Source: Clostridiales bacterium (GTDB lineage: Bacteria; Bacillota; Clostridia; Oscillospirales; Oscillospiraceae). From it: a stretch of 64,000 bases of DNA. The stretch lies in NCBI GenBank assembly GCA_021205455.1, contig JAJPXL010000089.1:68570-132569 (forward strand), given 5' to 3'. Positions 56,414 to 64,000 of this stretch are shown here, piece after piece (positions within the stretch are counted from its first letter, which is position 1; each line of letters begins with the position of its first letter). A program made the position numbers and the translations under genes. Below the pieces are notes generated by a model. The model was given only the letters and a program-made list of their open reading frames with translations, was not told the DNA's origin and searched no databases.

Positions 56414-56462
56414 GATGCCTGTGCGGCGACAGAGGCAGACAAAGGGACGGCTCTTTTTGCCG

Positions 56463-57128
56463 TCAATCTGCTAAATGCGCTGCTCCGGCTCGAAAATTCC
56501 GCCCTTTTCCGGTATGGTTCCGGACAACGCCCAGGAGTTTGCAGCACTTCTCCAGCTGGGCCACTACGGCCTGCGCCCGCTTGCGGCCCACAGACCTGTC
56601 CCCAATCACCAGAATCGCACCGTCACAATGGGCGGCAATCACCGCCGCATCAAACATCGCCCCGAACGGAGGCGTATCAACCAGGACATAATCATACTGA
56701 TTCCGCAGCTCCGTCATCAGCACACGGAACCGGTTCCCGTTCAAAAGCTCCATCGGGTTGGGCGGGCGTTTTCCGGCAAACAGGAGCTGTAGCTTCTGAT
56801 GCTGCGTTGTGTACAGGCAATCATCCAGCGAACATTGTCCGTTCAAAAGCTCACTTAGCCCCACTGCCGCACTGAGCGAGGCGTTCCTGTCCGCCATCAC
56901 GGAGCTTCTCAAATCCGCATCCATGACAAGCACACGTTTCCCCAGCTCCGCCAGGTTTTTGGCGAGGTTGAGACAGACGGTGGTTTTCCCCTCCCCTTTC
57001 TCACAGCTTGTGACGGCAATCACCGTACACTCCTGATTGGAAAACAGCAGGTTGGCGCAAAGGGCATGGTACGCTTCCTGCAAAAGGGTGCTGTCCCGCT
57101 CCGTCAGCGTTAGCGTTGCACAGTTCAT
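56463..57128 (-). CDS. CpsD/CapB-family tyrosine-protein kinase (BY-kinase ATPase)
   Basis: Walker A-like (TSCEKGEGKTTV), Walker A' (VLVMDADLR) and Walker B (YVLVDTPP). Confidence 0.85.
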   Translation of the reverse strand: MNCATLTLTERDSTLLQEAYHALCANLLFSNQECTVIAVTSCEKGEGKTTVCLNLAKNLAELGKRVLVMDADLRSSVMADRNASLSAAVGLSELLNGQCSLDDCLYTTQHQKLQLLFAGKRPPNPMELLNGNRFRVLMTELRNQYDYVLVDTPPFGAMFDAAVIAAHCDGAILVIGDRSVGRKRAQAVVAQLEKCCKLLGVVRNHTGKGRNFRAGAAHLAD

Positions 57129-57871
57129 CGCGCCTCATCCCCCCTCTTGCGGCCAAATCTGTTGGCTTTCCGCGCCGCCCTGTCTGCGTTGGGAATCTCC
57201 CCCAGAATGTCCAGCCCCAGATATTGCTGAACGTCCTCCGCCGTGTCGATTCTGTCCCTCAGCAGAAATGCAATCAGGAAGGCCGAGTAAACCAGCACCG
57301 AGGCAATCATGCCAATCAGCAGGTAGTACGCGGCGCTGATTCGATTGCTTGGTTCGCTGTCCAGGGTGCCCTTTTCAAAAAAGTGGACCTGCTGGAAGCC
57401 CATGGCGTCCGTGATTTTTTCCTGGCCGATTTCACACAGTACGTCTACGATTTCCTTTGCAAGCTCCGGCGTCTCCGCCTGAACCGTCACCTCTAAAATT
57501 CGGGTGTCATCAGGATTCGCAGTGGAAACCCGATCATATAGCTCCTCATAGTCCACTGTCAGCTGCAGCTCGTCAATCACCTCATCCAAAACCGCATGGC
57601 TCTTGAGCAGGTAGGTGCAGTCATTGACCACATTGAGCGCCAGCGAAAAATCCGAGGCTGTGCTTGCGGCGCCAACCTCCTCATCCTGATGCAGAATGTA
57701 TAGCGTTGCCGTTGAGGCGTACAGCGGTGGAATGGCCAGCTGCACAGCCGCAAACACGAGCGCAACGGCCACGGGCGCGACCAGAACGATTGTCCACACG
57801 TGGCGGACGAAAATGTTCCAAAAGTCCCCGATTGTAACACACCTTGCCGGTGCTGCATCCATTGGTTTCAT
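57125..57871 (-). CDS. CpsC/Wzz-type chain-length determinant (BY-kinase modulator)
   Basis: Two TM helices flank an extracytoplasmic domain. ATGA-type overlap with the kinase gene. Confidence 0.75.
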   Translation of the reverse strand: MKPMDAAPARCVTIGDFWNIFVRHVWTIVLVAPVAVALVFAAVQLAIPPLYASTATLYILHQDEEVGAASTASDFSLALNVVNDCTYLLKSHAVLDEVIDELQLTVDYEELYDRVSTANPDDTRILEVTVQAETPELAKEIVDVLCEIGQEKITDAMGFQQVHFFEKGTLDSEPSNRISAAYYLLIGMIASVLVYSAFLIAFLLRDRIDTAEDVQQYLGLDILGEIPNADRAARKANRFGRKRGDEAR

Positions 57872-57900
57872 TCAGCTCCTCCCTTCCGGCTGCGCAGCCT

Positions 57901-59094
57901 TTACCTGGGCTGCTCCTTCCGCCAGACCAGACGGTCCACGATGGCGGTGTAGGACTGGATGATTTTCACCACCCTGGTGGATACGGATTCCTCCTGGTAG
58001 TCCGGCACAGGCGTTCCATAGGCGCCGTCCCGGTGCAGCTGCACCGCCGTCTCCACGCCCTGGAGCAGCGATGCCGTCTCAATGCCCGCCAGCACGAAGC
58101 AGCCCCGCTCCATGGCCTCGGGCCGCTCCGTGGAGGTGCGGATACAGACCGCCGGGAAGGGCCGCCCGATGGACGCGAAGAAGCTGGCCTCCTCCGGCAT
58201 CGTCCCGCTGTCCGACACGACGGCGAAGGCGTTCATTTGCAGGCAGTTGTAATCATGGAAGCCCAGCGGCTCGTGGGGAATCACTCGCCGGTCCAGCGGA
58301 AAACCGGTGACCTCCAGTCGCTTCTTTGCGCGGGGGTGGCAGGAGTACAAAATAGGCAGGTCATAGCGTTCCGCCAGCGCGTTGATTGCGGTAAACAGGG
58401 AACGGAAATTCCGCTCCGTGTCAAGATTCTCCTCCCGATGGGCTGAGAGCAGGATGTATTTGCCCTTTTCCAGCCTCAGGCGGGCGTGGATGTCGCTGCC
58501 CTCGATGTCCGGCAGGCTGCGGCGCAGCACCTCCGCCATGGGGGAGCCGGTCGCAAAGGTGCGCTCTTTGGGCAGGCCGCACTCGTACAGATACTGCCGC
58601 GCTTGCTCCGAGTAGGCCAGATTCACGTCGGAGATGATATCCACAATGCGCCGGTTCGTCTCCTCCGGCAGGCATTCGTCCTTGCAGCGGTTCCCCGCCT
58701 CCATGTGAAAGATGGGAATGTGCAGGCGTTTTGCCGCGATGGCCGACAGGCAGGAGTTGGTGTCCCCCAGAATCAGCAGGGCGTCCGGCCTGGCCTGCGC
58801 CATCAGCTTGTAGGAGCAGTTGATGATGTTGCCGATGGTGGCCCCCAGGTCCTCCCCCACCGCGTCCATATAGACCTCCGGCGCATCCAGCTTCAGGTCG
58901 CGGAAAAAGATGCCGCTAAGGTTGTAATCATAGTTCTGTCCGGTGTGGGCCAGGAGGGTGTCAAAGTACCTCCGGCATTTCCGGATGACCTCCGACAGGC
59001 GGATGATTTCAGGCCGCGTACCCACGATAATCAGCAGCTTTAACCTGCCGTCCTGCCGGAAGGTAACGTCTGTGTAATCCAATTTACATCCCAT
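57901..59094 (-). CDS. capG: UDP-N-acetylglucosamine 2-epimerase, CapG/FnlC type
   Basis: Colinear with S. aureus Cap5G: IVGTRPEIIRLS, HTGQNYDY, PDALLILGDTNS, IPIFHMEAGNRC, PEETNRRIVD, GSPMAEVL. Confidence 0.85.
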   Translation of the reverse strand: MGCKLDYTDVTFRQDGRLKLLIIVGTRPEIIRLSEVIRKCRRYFDTLLAHTGQNYDYNLSGIFFRDLKLDAPEVYMDAVGEDLGATIGNIINCSYKLMAQARPDALLILGDTNSCLSAIAAKRLHIPIFHMEAGNRCKDECLPEETNRRIVDIISDVNLAYSEQARQYLYECGLPKERTFATGSPMAEVLRRSLPDIEGSDIHARLRLEKGKYILLSAHREENLDTERNFRSLFTAINALAERYDLPILYSCHPRAKKRLEVTGFPLDRRVIPHEPLGFHDYNCLQMNAFAVVSDSGTMPEEASFFASIGRPFPAVCIRTSTERPEAMERGCFVLAGIETASLLQGVETAVQLHRDGAYGTPVPDYQEESVSTRVVKIIQSYTAIVDRLVWRKEQPR

Positions 59095-60300
59095 TTACTC
59101 CACCTCCACCGGCTCTGAAAAGGTGTCCGGGTGCTGCGGGTCAAACACTTCACTGGCCCACATCACCGTCACCAGGTTTTCCGTCTGGGATAGATTGATG
59201 ATGCTGTGCGTGCAACCAGGCAGCATATGGACTGCCGTCAGCTGCTCCCCGGACACCTCAAATTCCAGCACCTCATCTGACCAGATGTTCCGCTCCCGAA
59301 TCAGGCCGTGACCGGCCACCACGAGGAAAATCTCCCATTTGCTGTGATGCCAATGCTCGCCCCTGGTGCGGCCCGGGCGGGAAACGCACACGTTGAATTG
59401 TCCGCCGCTGGGCGTTTTCAGCAGCTCGGTAAAGCCGCCCCGTTCGTCCACATTCGTTTTCAGGGGGAAGGCGATTTTTTCTTTGGGCAGGTAGGACAGA
59501 TAGGCCGCATACAGCTTCCCGGCAAAGGAGCCCTTCGGAAGCTCCGGCAGCATCAGGGTTCGCGGCTGGTCGTGAAAGGTTTGCAGCAGCGCCGCAAGTT
59601 CGCCCAACCTGATTCGATGCACCGTTGGAATGTAGCAGTAGCGGCCATGCGGCGCAGGAACAGCCGTCAGCCCTTCATATTCACAGCGCTGCTCCCGTCC
59701 CTCCAGGGCGTCCAGCAGACCGTCCAGCAAATCGTCGATATAGAGCAGCGTCAGCTCTGTATCAGGGTCATCAACTGTAAAGGGCAATTCATTTGCAATC
59801 CTGTCGCAGAAGGTGGCCACCACAGAATTGTAGTTGGGGCGGCACCATTTGCCAAACAGGTTTGGGAGGCGATAAACCAGCGCCCTGGCGCCGGTCTCAT
59901 CCGCATACCGGAGCAGCAGCTCTTCCGCCGCCAATTTCGATGCGCCATACGCCGAGCCAGCGTAGCGTCCAATCAATGCAGCCTGAACGGAGGAGGCCAG
60001 CATCACCGGGCAGGGGTTGCCATGCTTCTTCAGCGTTTCAAGCAAAACGGACGTAAAGCCGAAATTGCCCGGCAGATAGTCGGCGGCATCCCTGGGCCGG
60101 TTGACCCCGGCCAGGTGAAGGACGAAGTCTGCTTTCCGGCAGAAGCCGTCCAGCAGGGGCGGGTCGGTGTCCACATCGTATTCCAAAATCTCATCAATCC
60201 GGAGCTGCCGCGTCCGGTCTTTGCCCTCTTGCAGGTTCCGCAGCGAGGCGCAGAGATTCCGCCCGACAAAGCCCTTTGCACCCGTCACCAGAATATTCAT
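59095..60300 (-). CDS. capF: CapF/FnlB-type bifunctional SDR + cupin enzyme (L-FucNAc pathway)
   Basis: Colinear with S. aureus Cap5F: MNILVTGAKGFVG, HLAGVNRP, PNLFGKWCRPNYNSVVATFC, DERGGFTE, GEHWHHSKWEIFLVV, MWASEVFDPQHPDT. Confidence 0.85.
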   Translation of the reverse strand: MNILVTGAKGFVGRNLCASLRNLQEGKDRTRQLRIDEILEYDVDTDPPLLDGFCRKADFVLHLAGVNRPRDAADYLPGNFGFTSVLLETLKKHGNPCPVMLASSVQAALIGRYAGSAYGASKLAAEELLLRYADETGARALVYRLPNLFGKWCRPNYNSVVATFCDRIANELPFTVDDPDTELTLLYIDDLLDGLLDALEGREQRCEYEGLTAVPAPHGRYCYIPTVHRIRLGELAALLQTFHDQPRTLMLPELPKGSFAGKLYAAYLSYLPKEKIAFPLKTNVDERGGFTELLKTPSGGQFNVCVSRPGRTRGEHWHHSKWEIFLVVAGHGLIRERNIWSDEVLEFEVSGEQLTAVHMLPGCTHSIINLSQTENLVTVMWASEVFDPQHPDTFSEPVEVE

Positions 60301-61790
60301 CTCTCCGCCCTCCCCTGTGAAACGCTACTGATGTCCCGTAAATCCCGCAGGATCCGCCTTCCGTACAGTGCGCACATTGCCAGGCCATACGCGGCGCAGA
60401 GCAGGAGGAGCGTCAGCCAATCGGATACCCCCGCCTGTTCCATTCGGACGCGCAGGGCAAGGAGCACGGCTGACAGGACAGCGTTCGCCGCCGCAAACCG
60501 CGCCAAGAAGGGCGCGTCAAAGAGGTCGAAGGTGCTGCCGCCCAGCTCTTTCGCGCTCAACTGCATCATTAGGAGGCCGGTTACCCCTGTGACGGCCAGG
60601 GTCGCCACGGCGGGCCCGATGGTGCCCAAACAGGAAAACAGCAGCACGTCCAGCCCCAAATTGGCAGCTGCGGAACCGATGGCAAGGAGCATCAGCGGCT
60701 TCGTCCTCCCCGCCGCACTCAAAACCAGCGTGATATTTGTGACCCGAACGAAATCCACCGCAATGTAAACCACAAAGATGGAATAGCCGCTCAGGTACTT
60801 TTCCGTATAAAGCAGCTCCATCAGCTGCGGCGAGACGACCAGGGCGGCGCAGACCATGACCGCCGTGGAGCCGTAGACGATTTCAAAGAAGCGTTGATAC
60901 AGGCGGAGCGCGTCCCGCCGCTTCCCTTCTGCGATGCGCTTCGTCAGCGCGGGCAGCATCACGGTGGAAAACGAGGTCAGCACAATGTCAAAGGGCAGCA
61001 TCTTCGACGCGTTGGCATAGACCGCCAGGGTCTCCGTGCCCGTCAGCGCTACAATCACATATTTGTCGCAGTCCCGGTTGACGGTGCTGAGCAGCGTAAA
61101 CACGGCCATGGGCAGGGTGTACGCCATAATGCGGGGCAGCAGGCGGAAGTTCGCCTTGCTCAGGCGAATCACGCTTCCGCTTTTGCACAAGGTCCAGAGG
61201 AAAAACAGCAGCTGACCGGCATCCAGCAGCACCGTGGCGAGCAGGAGCATCCCAATACTCTGCGTCCACGCGATCATCAGCAGCACAACGCACAGCCGGA
61301 TGAGGGAAACCGCCAGATTGCGCAGGGCAAGCAGCCGCGCTTTGCCGATGGATACGATTAAAACCTGGGTCATGGACAGCAAATTTTGCAGCAGCGGCAA
61401 AACCGCCGCATAGACCAGGTACCGCTTCACCTCGTCATTGCCCAGACCCACGGCGATGGGTGCGCTGAACACCATGACCAGGCAGCCGCTGACAGCGCTG
61501 ATGATGCACTGCGCCAGATAAAGCGTCGCGATATAGGATTCCCGCTGACCGCTGTCCCCTTCGCTGCAAAAGAAATAATTGACGCCGTCCGCCATGCCAA
61601 GGATGGCCAGCGACGACACGGTGGAGACGATCAGCAGAATTTGGGAATAGGTTCCGTAGTCGTACACCGTCAGCTGCTGGGAGAGCAGCCTGGTGACGGC
61701 AAAGCTCAGCGCCATGGTCACCAGCCGGATAAAGGTCAAAAGGAGCGCATCCCCTGACAATCCCCGCAGAGAAGGCAGCTTTGCGGTCAT
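60297..61790 (-). CDS. wzx: Wzx-type oligosaccharide flippase (MOP superfamily)
   Basis: 497 aa, about 12-14 TM helices, located in the cps operon. 4-nt overlap with capF. Confidence 0.75.
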   Translation of the reverse strand: MTAKLPSLRGLSGDALLLTFIRLVTMALSFAVTRLLSQQLTVYDYGTYSQILLIVSTVSSLAILGMADGVNYFFCSEGDSGQRESYIATLYLAQCIISAVSGCLVMVFSAPIAVGLGNDEVKRYLVYAAVLPLLQNLLSMTQVLIVSIGKARLLALRNLAVSLIRLCVVLLMIAWTQSIGMLLLATVLLDAGQLLFFLWTLCKSGSVIRLSKANFRLLPRIMAYTLPMAVFTLLSTVNRDCDKYVIVALTGTETLAVYANASKMLPFDIVLTSFSTVMLPALTKRIAEGKRRDALRLYQRFFEIVYGSTAVMVCAALVVSPQLMELLYTEKYLSGYSIFVVYIAVDFVRVTNITLVLSAAGRTKPLMLLAIGSAAANLGLDVLLFSCLGTIGPAVATLAVTGVTGLLMMQLSAKELGGSTFDLFDAPFLARFAAANAVLSAVLLALRVRMEQAGVSDWLTLLLLCAAYGLAMCALYGRRILRDLRDISSVSQGRAER

Positions 61791-61924
61791 CTGTCCACTC
61801 CTTCCCCGTTCAGCGGGCGCGTATCAGCTGCTTCGTTCAGAACAGCCGTGATTTCAGCCTTCACCCGCTGCGATGTGGCCTCCGCCCTGTGGTTCCTCTG
61901 CGCGGCTGCAAAGACGAGGCGGGC

Positions 61925-63109
61925 TTACGCCAAGCGGATTTCCTCATGCGTGACAACCTCCGTCAGCACCTGCCGCAGCTCCCGCAGGTCGGTCGCAACA
62001 GCGGCCGCCTGCTCCGACAGCAGATATTGCGTTGAAGCGGTCCCCTCCGGCGCATAGGACAGGAGGCAGCGCCCCGCGCACAGGCACTGTGCCAGCTTTG
62101 TGGAAAAGGCGTACTTCAATTTATCGACCAGGCGGACATCAAAGCTCTCCACATGGAGCAAGATATCCGATTGCTCTATCACCTCATGCAGCGCCTGAGA
62201 CGAAACAAATCCGTGATAGTCCACATTTGCTCGCTCCCGCAGCAGCGCGGCGTCCGCCTCCACCGCCGTACCATAGACGTCGATTTTTAAGGTGCTGTCG
62301 ATTTCCGCAAGGACATCGGCCAGCTGCAGCAGCGACGGCACCCGACCAACGCCCAAGTTGCCAAAGTAGGTCAGCTTTAAAGGGGTATGGCTGACGTAAT
62401 CCTGATAATCGCAGACTCCGCCGTTGTAGGCCACCAACCCACGCGCACGCGACGGGTACCGCGCTTCATAGGCCTGCCGCAGAAACTCGGAATGGTAAAG
62501 GATGAGGGCCGCCCGACCGACCAGCTGCCCGTAGCGCTCCTCCGCCGCCTGATAGTACGCCCGCTCCAACCCCTTCCGCTTATTCAGGTCAATGATGCGG
62601 AACGCCTCGCCGTGGTATAAAATCAGGGGCTTCCCGGACGCTTCCGCCACATCCAGGACCAGCCTGTCCATAAAGAGGCTCTCCCCCACCATGTACAGGA
62701 TGGCGTCCGGGTCAAACGCCCGTATCCAGTCGCGGAGCCGTTGATGCCCCCACGGGCTGAGCATCCACAGATACTCCCGCGCCCACTTAAAGGCAAAGTT
62801 GTACTTTTGCCGCTTTAGCCAGCCGGGAATCCTGGGGGCCGGACGCCCCTTCGCGGCGGCGTGTGAAGGGGTATCAGACGCCGCCATGACGGGCTGCACC
62901 CGTTTCCCGAAGAACGCCTTCAGCATTTCGATGTCCGTGACCCGGAAATAATGCGCGGCGGCGGTGAAGTCCGGCGGCTGTACGTCGCAATAGAACTCGG
63001 CCAGCTCCCCGGGCGCCCAGGCCCGCAGCAGCGCCTTCATGGTGCGGCCGTTGGCATCCTCGTCTGACAGCCCGCTGTGGGAGAAGAGCAGCAGCTTTGG
63101 CATTTTCAT
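61925..63109 (-). CDS. Hypothetical protein, possibly a divergent GT-B glycosyltransferase
   Basis: First gene of the cps operon. The C-terminal half loosely resembles the GT4 nucleotide-sugar domain (LLHVESFD...KLAQCLCAGRCLL). No firm motif was found. Confidence 0.4.
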   Translation of the reverse strand: MKMPKLLLFSHSGLSDEDANGRTMKALLRAWAPGELAEFYCDVQPPDFTAAAHYFRVTDIEMLKAFFGKRVQPVMAASDTPSHAAAKGRPAPRIPGWLKRQKYNFAFKWAREYLWMLSPWGHQRLRDWIRAFDPDAILYMVGESLFMDRLVLDVAEASGKPLILYHGEAFRIIDLNKRKGLERAYYQAAEERYGQLVGRAALILYHSEFLRQAYEARYPSRARGLVAYNGGVCDYQDYVSHTPLKLTYFGNLGVGRVPSLLQLADVLAEIDSTLKIDVYGTAVEADAALLRERANVDYHGFVSSQALHEVIEQSDILLHVESFDVRLVDKLKYAFSTKLAQCLCAGRCLLSYAPEGTASTQYLLSEQAAAVATDLRELRQVLTEVVTHEEIRLA

Positions 63110-63226
63110 CCCTCCCGCTCACGCCGGAAGGCGTAGAACTGTGTCAGTCGTTCTATTTATTTTACCATGGTATTTCCTGCTTTTCAACCGTCTTTCCTCC
63201 GGCACCGGAGCATCTGGACGGAATCG

Positions 63227-63274
63227 CCGCAGGCAGACGCAGTTTCGAGACCGCAGGCAGACGCAGTTTCGAGC
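63227..63274. repeat. Tandem duplication of a 24-bp unit (CCGCAGGCAGACGCAGTTTCGAGa/c)
   Basis: Units at 63227-63250 and 63251-63274 match at 23 of 24 positions. The repeat ends 6 nt before a TTGACA -35 box. Confidence 0.9.
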
Positions 63275-63280
63275 TTTTAC

Positions 63281-63310
63281 TTGACAGATTGCCGCGCCAT
63301 AGTGTACAAT
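63281..63310 (+). promoter_or_regulatory. Sigma-A promoter (TTGACA-18-TGTACAAT) for the DUF3048 gene
   Basis: Consensus -35 and an extended -10. The leader would be ~120 nt. Confidence 0.65.
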
Positions 63311-63436
63311 ATTGCCAGTCATTCGGGAACTGCCGAACCAATGAGCGGTAATATCCTTGCACTCCTACAATTTTCGCCTGCGCTCGCGTTTCGGAGTCTC
63401 CCCGGAACTATTTTATTGAGAGAGGACGCAAGAGAA

Positions 63437-64000
63437 ATGAAAAAGCTATTCTGCCTTCTGCTGGCCCTGGCAACGGTCTTTTCGCTGTCTGCCTGTCAGA
63501 AAAATGTGGAGCCTGCTTCTTCCTCCACAGCGCCGGAAGAATCGGTCTCTGAGGTTGAGCCGGAGGCCGTGTCAGAAGTCTCCTCTGAGCTGGAGCCGGA
63601 GGTCGAGGCTGATTACGCCTTTATCAACCCCCTGACCGGCGAGGGCACGGAGGAGGACATCTCCAACAATCGCCCTTACGCCGTGATGATGAACACCCTG
63701 CGCAAGGCAATGCCCCAGTCCGGCAACTCCCAGGCCGACCTCTACTATGAGATTCCGGAGGAGGGCGGCGTCACCAGAATCATGGCGGTCTTCCAGGATG
63801 TCACCGATGTGGGCAAGCTGGGCTCCATCCGCTCCACCCGCCCCTACTTCGTCTGGCTGGCCTACGCGCTGGACGGCGTCCTCATCCACGCCGGCGGCAG
63901 CGGCAGGGCCTACAATGTGCTGGAGGAAACCTCGCTGCTGGAGGTGGACAGCCTCGGCATCGGCTCCGGCGTGTTCTACCGCGACCAGGCCCGCCTGAGC
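63437..64000 (+). CDS. DUF3048-family (YerB-like) lipoprotein, 3' end cut by window edge
   Basis: This gene is not in the ORF track because it has no stop in the window. My translation: MKKLFCLLLALATVFSLSACQK... (lipobox LSAC), then an acidic linker, then NNRPYAVMMNT...QADLYYEIPEEGGVTRIMAVFQD...IRSTRPYF, which is typical of DUF3048. Confidence 0.75.
   Translation, partial: MKKLFCLLLALATVFSLSACQKNVEPASSSTAPEESVSEVEPEAVSEVSSELEPEVEADYAFINPLTGEGTEEDISNNRPYAVMMNTLRKAMPQSGNSQADLYYEIPEEGGVTRIMAVFQDVTDVGKLGSIRSTRPYFVWLAYALDGVLIHAGGSGRAYNVLEETSLLEVDSLGIGSGVFYRDQARLS

Noticed and set aside
63747-63998. An 83-aa Arg/Ala/Ser/Pro-rich ORF listed in the track.
   Set aside because: It is out of frame within the DUF3048 lipoprotein gene (63437 onward), which has a signal peptide, family motifs and a promoter.

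Overview
This is a GC-rich chromosomal segment. The strong G/C third-position bias produces many long antisense shadow ORFs. The organism appears to be a spore-forming Firmicute of the Clostridia, because spoIIGA-sigE, a cwlD-like amidase, radA and comEC/comFC are present; the taxonomic placement is inference only. I call about 52 protein genes and one frameshifted gene. I saw no rRNA, tRNA, CRISPR array, transposase or prophage block.

Gene blocks in order:
(1) An Agr-like LytTR response regulator plus an AgrC-type kinase.
(2) A membrane-anchored GH3 glycosidase.
(3) A CydDC-like heterodimeric ABC exporter.
(4) A minus-strand cluster: a frameshifted HExxH lipoprotein, a TIGR02452 macrodomain protein and a nicotinamidase-like hydrolase.
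(5) A large YesLMN/YesOPQ-type carbohydrate locus, with divergent regulator and transporter arms. The enzymes are GH88 unsaturated glucuronyl hydrolase, DUF2264, KduI, KduD, a GH78-like rhamnosidase and a GH2 beta-glucuronidase.
(6) plsY, a 6-TM protein, and WYL and LysR regulators.
(7) A second GH3 paralog.
(8) PPi-type pfk, fba and an orphan ArsR.
(9) An overlapping xer-comEC-comFC trio.
(10) radA, cwlD-like, sigE and spoIIGA.
(11) serA.
(12) potABCD.
(13) A BMP lipoprotein plus a CYTH protein.
(14) A compact capsule/EPS operon: GT, wzx, capF, capG, cpsC, cpsD.
(15) A 3'-truncated DUF3048 lipoprotein gene.

I do not see an unambiguous new defence or mobile system. The best leads are:
- the translationally coupled lipoprotein/macrodomain (plus nicotinamidase) cluster and its homopolymer frameshift;
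- the lyase-less uronate locus with a DUF2264 protein;
- the xer-comEC-comFC coupling, which has a perfect AT-rich palindrome on its ribosome-binding site;
- the domain-permuted, doubly anchored GH3 paralogs;
- several short repeat or terminator arrangements in regulatory regions.

All family assignments come from motif recognition by eye, not from database searches.
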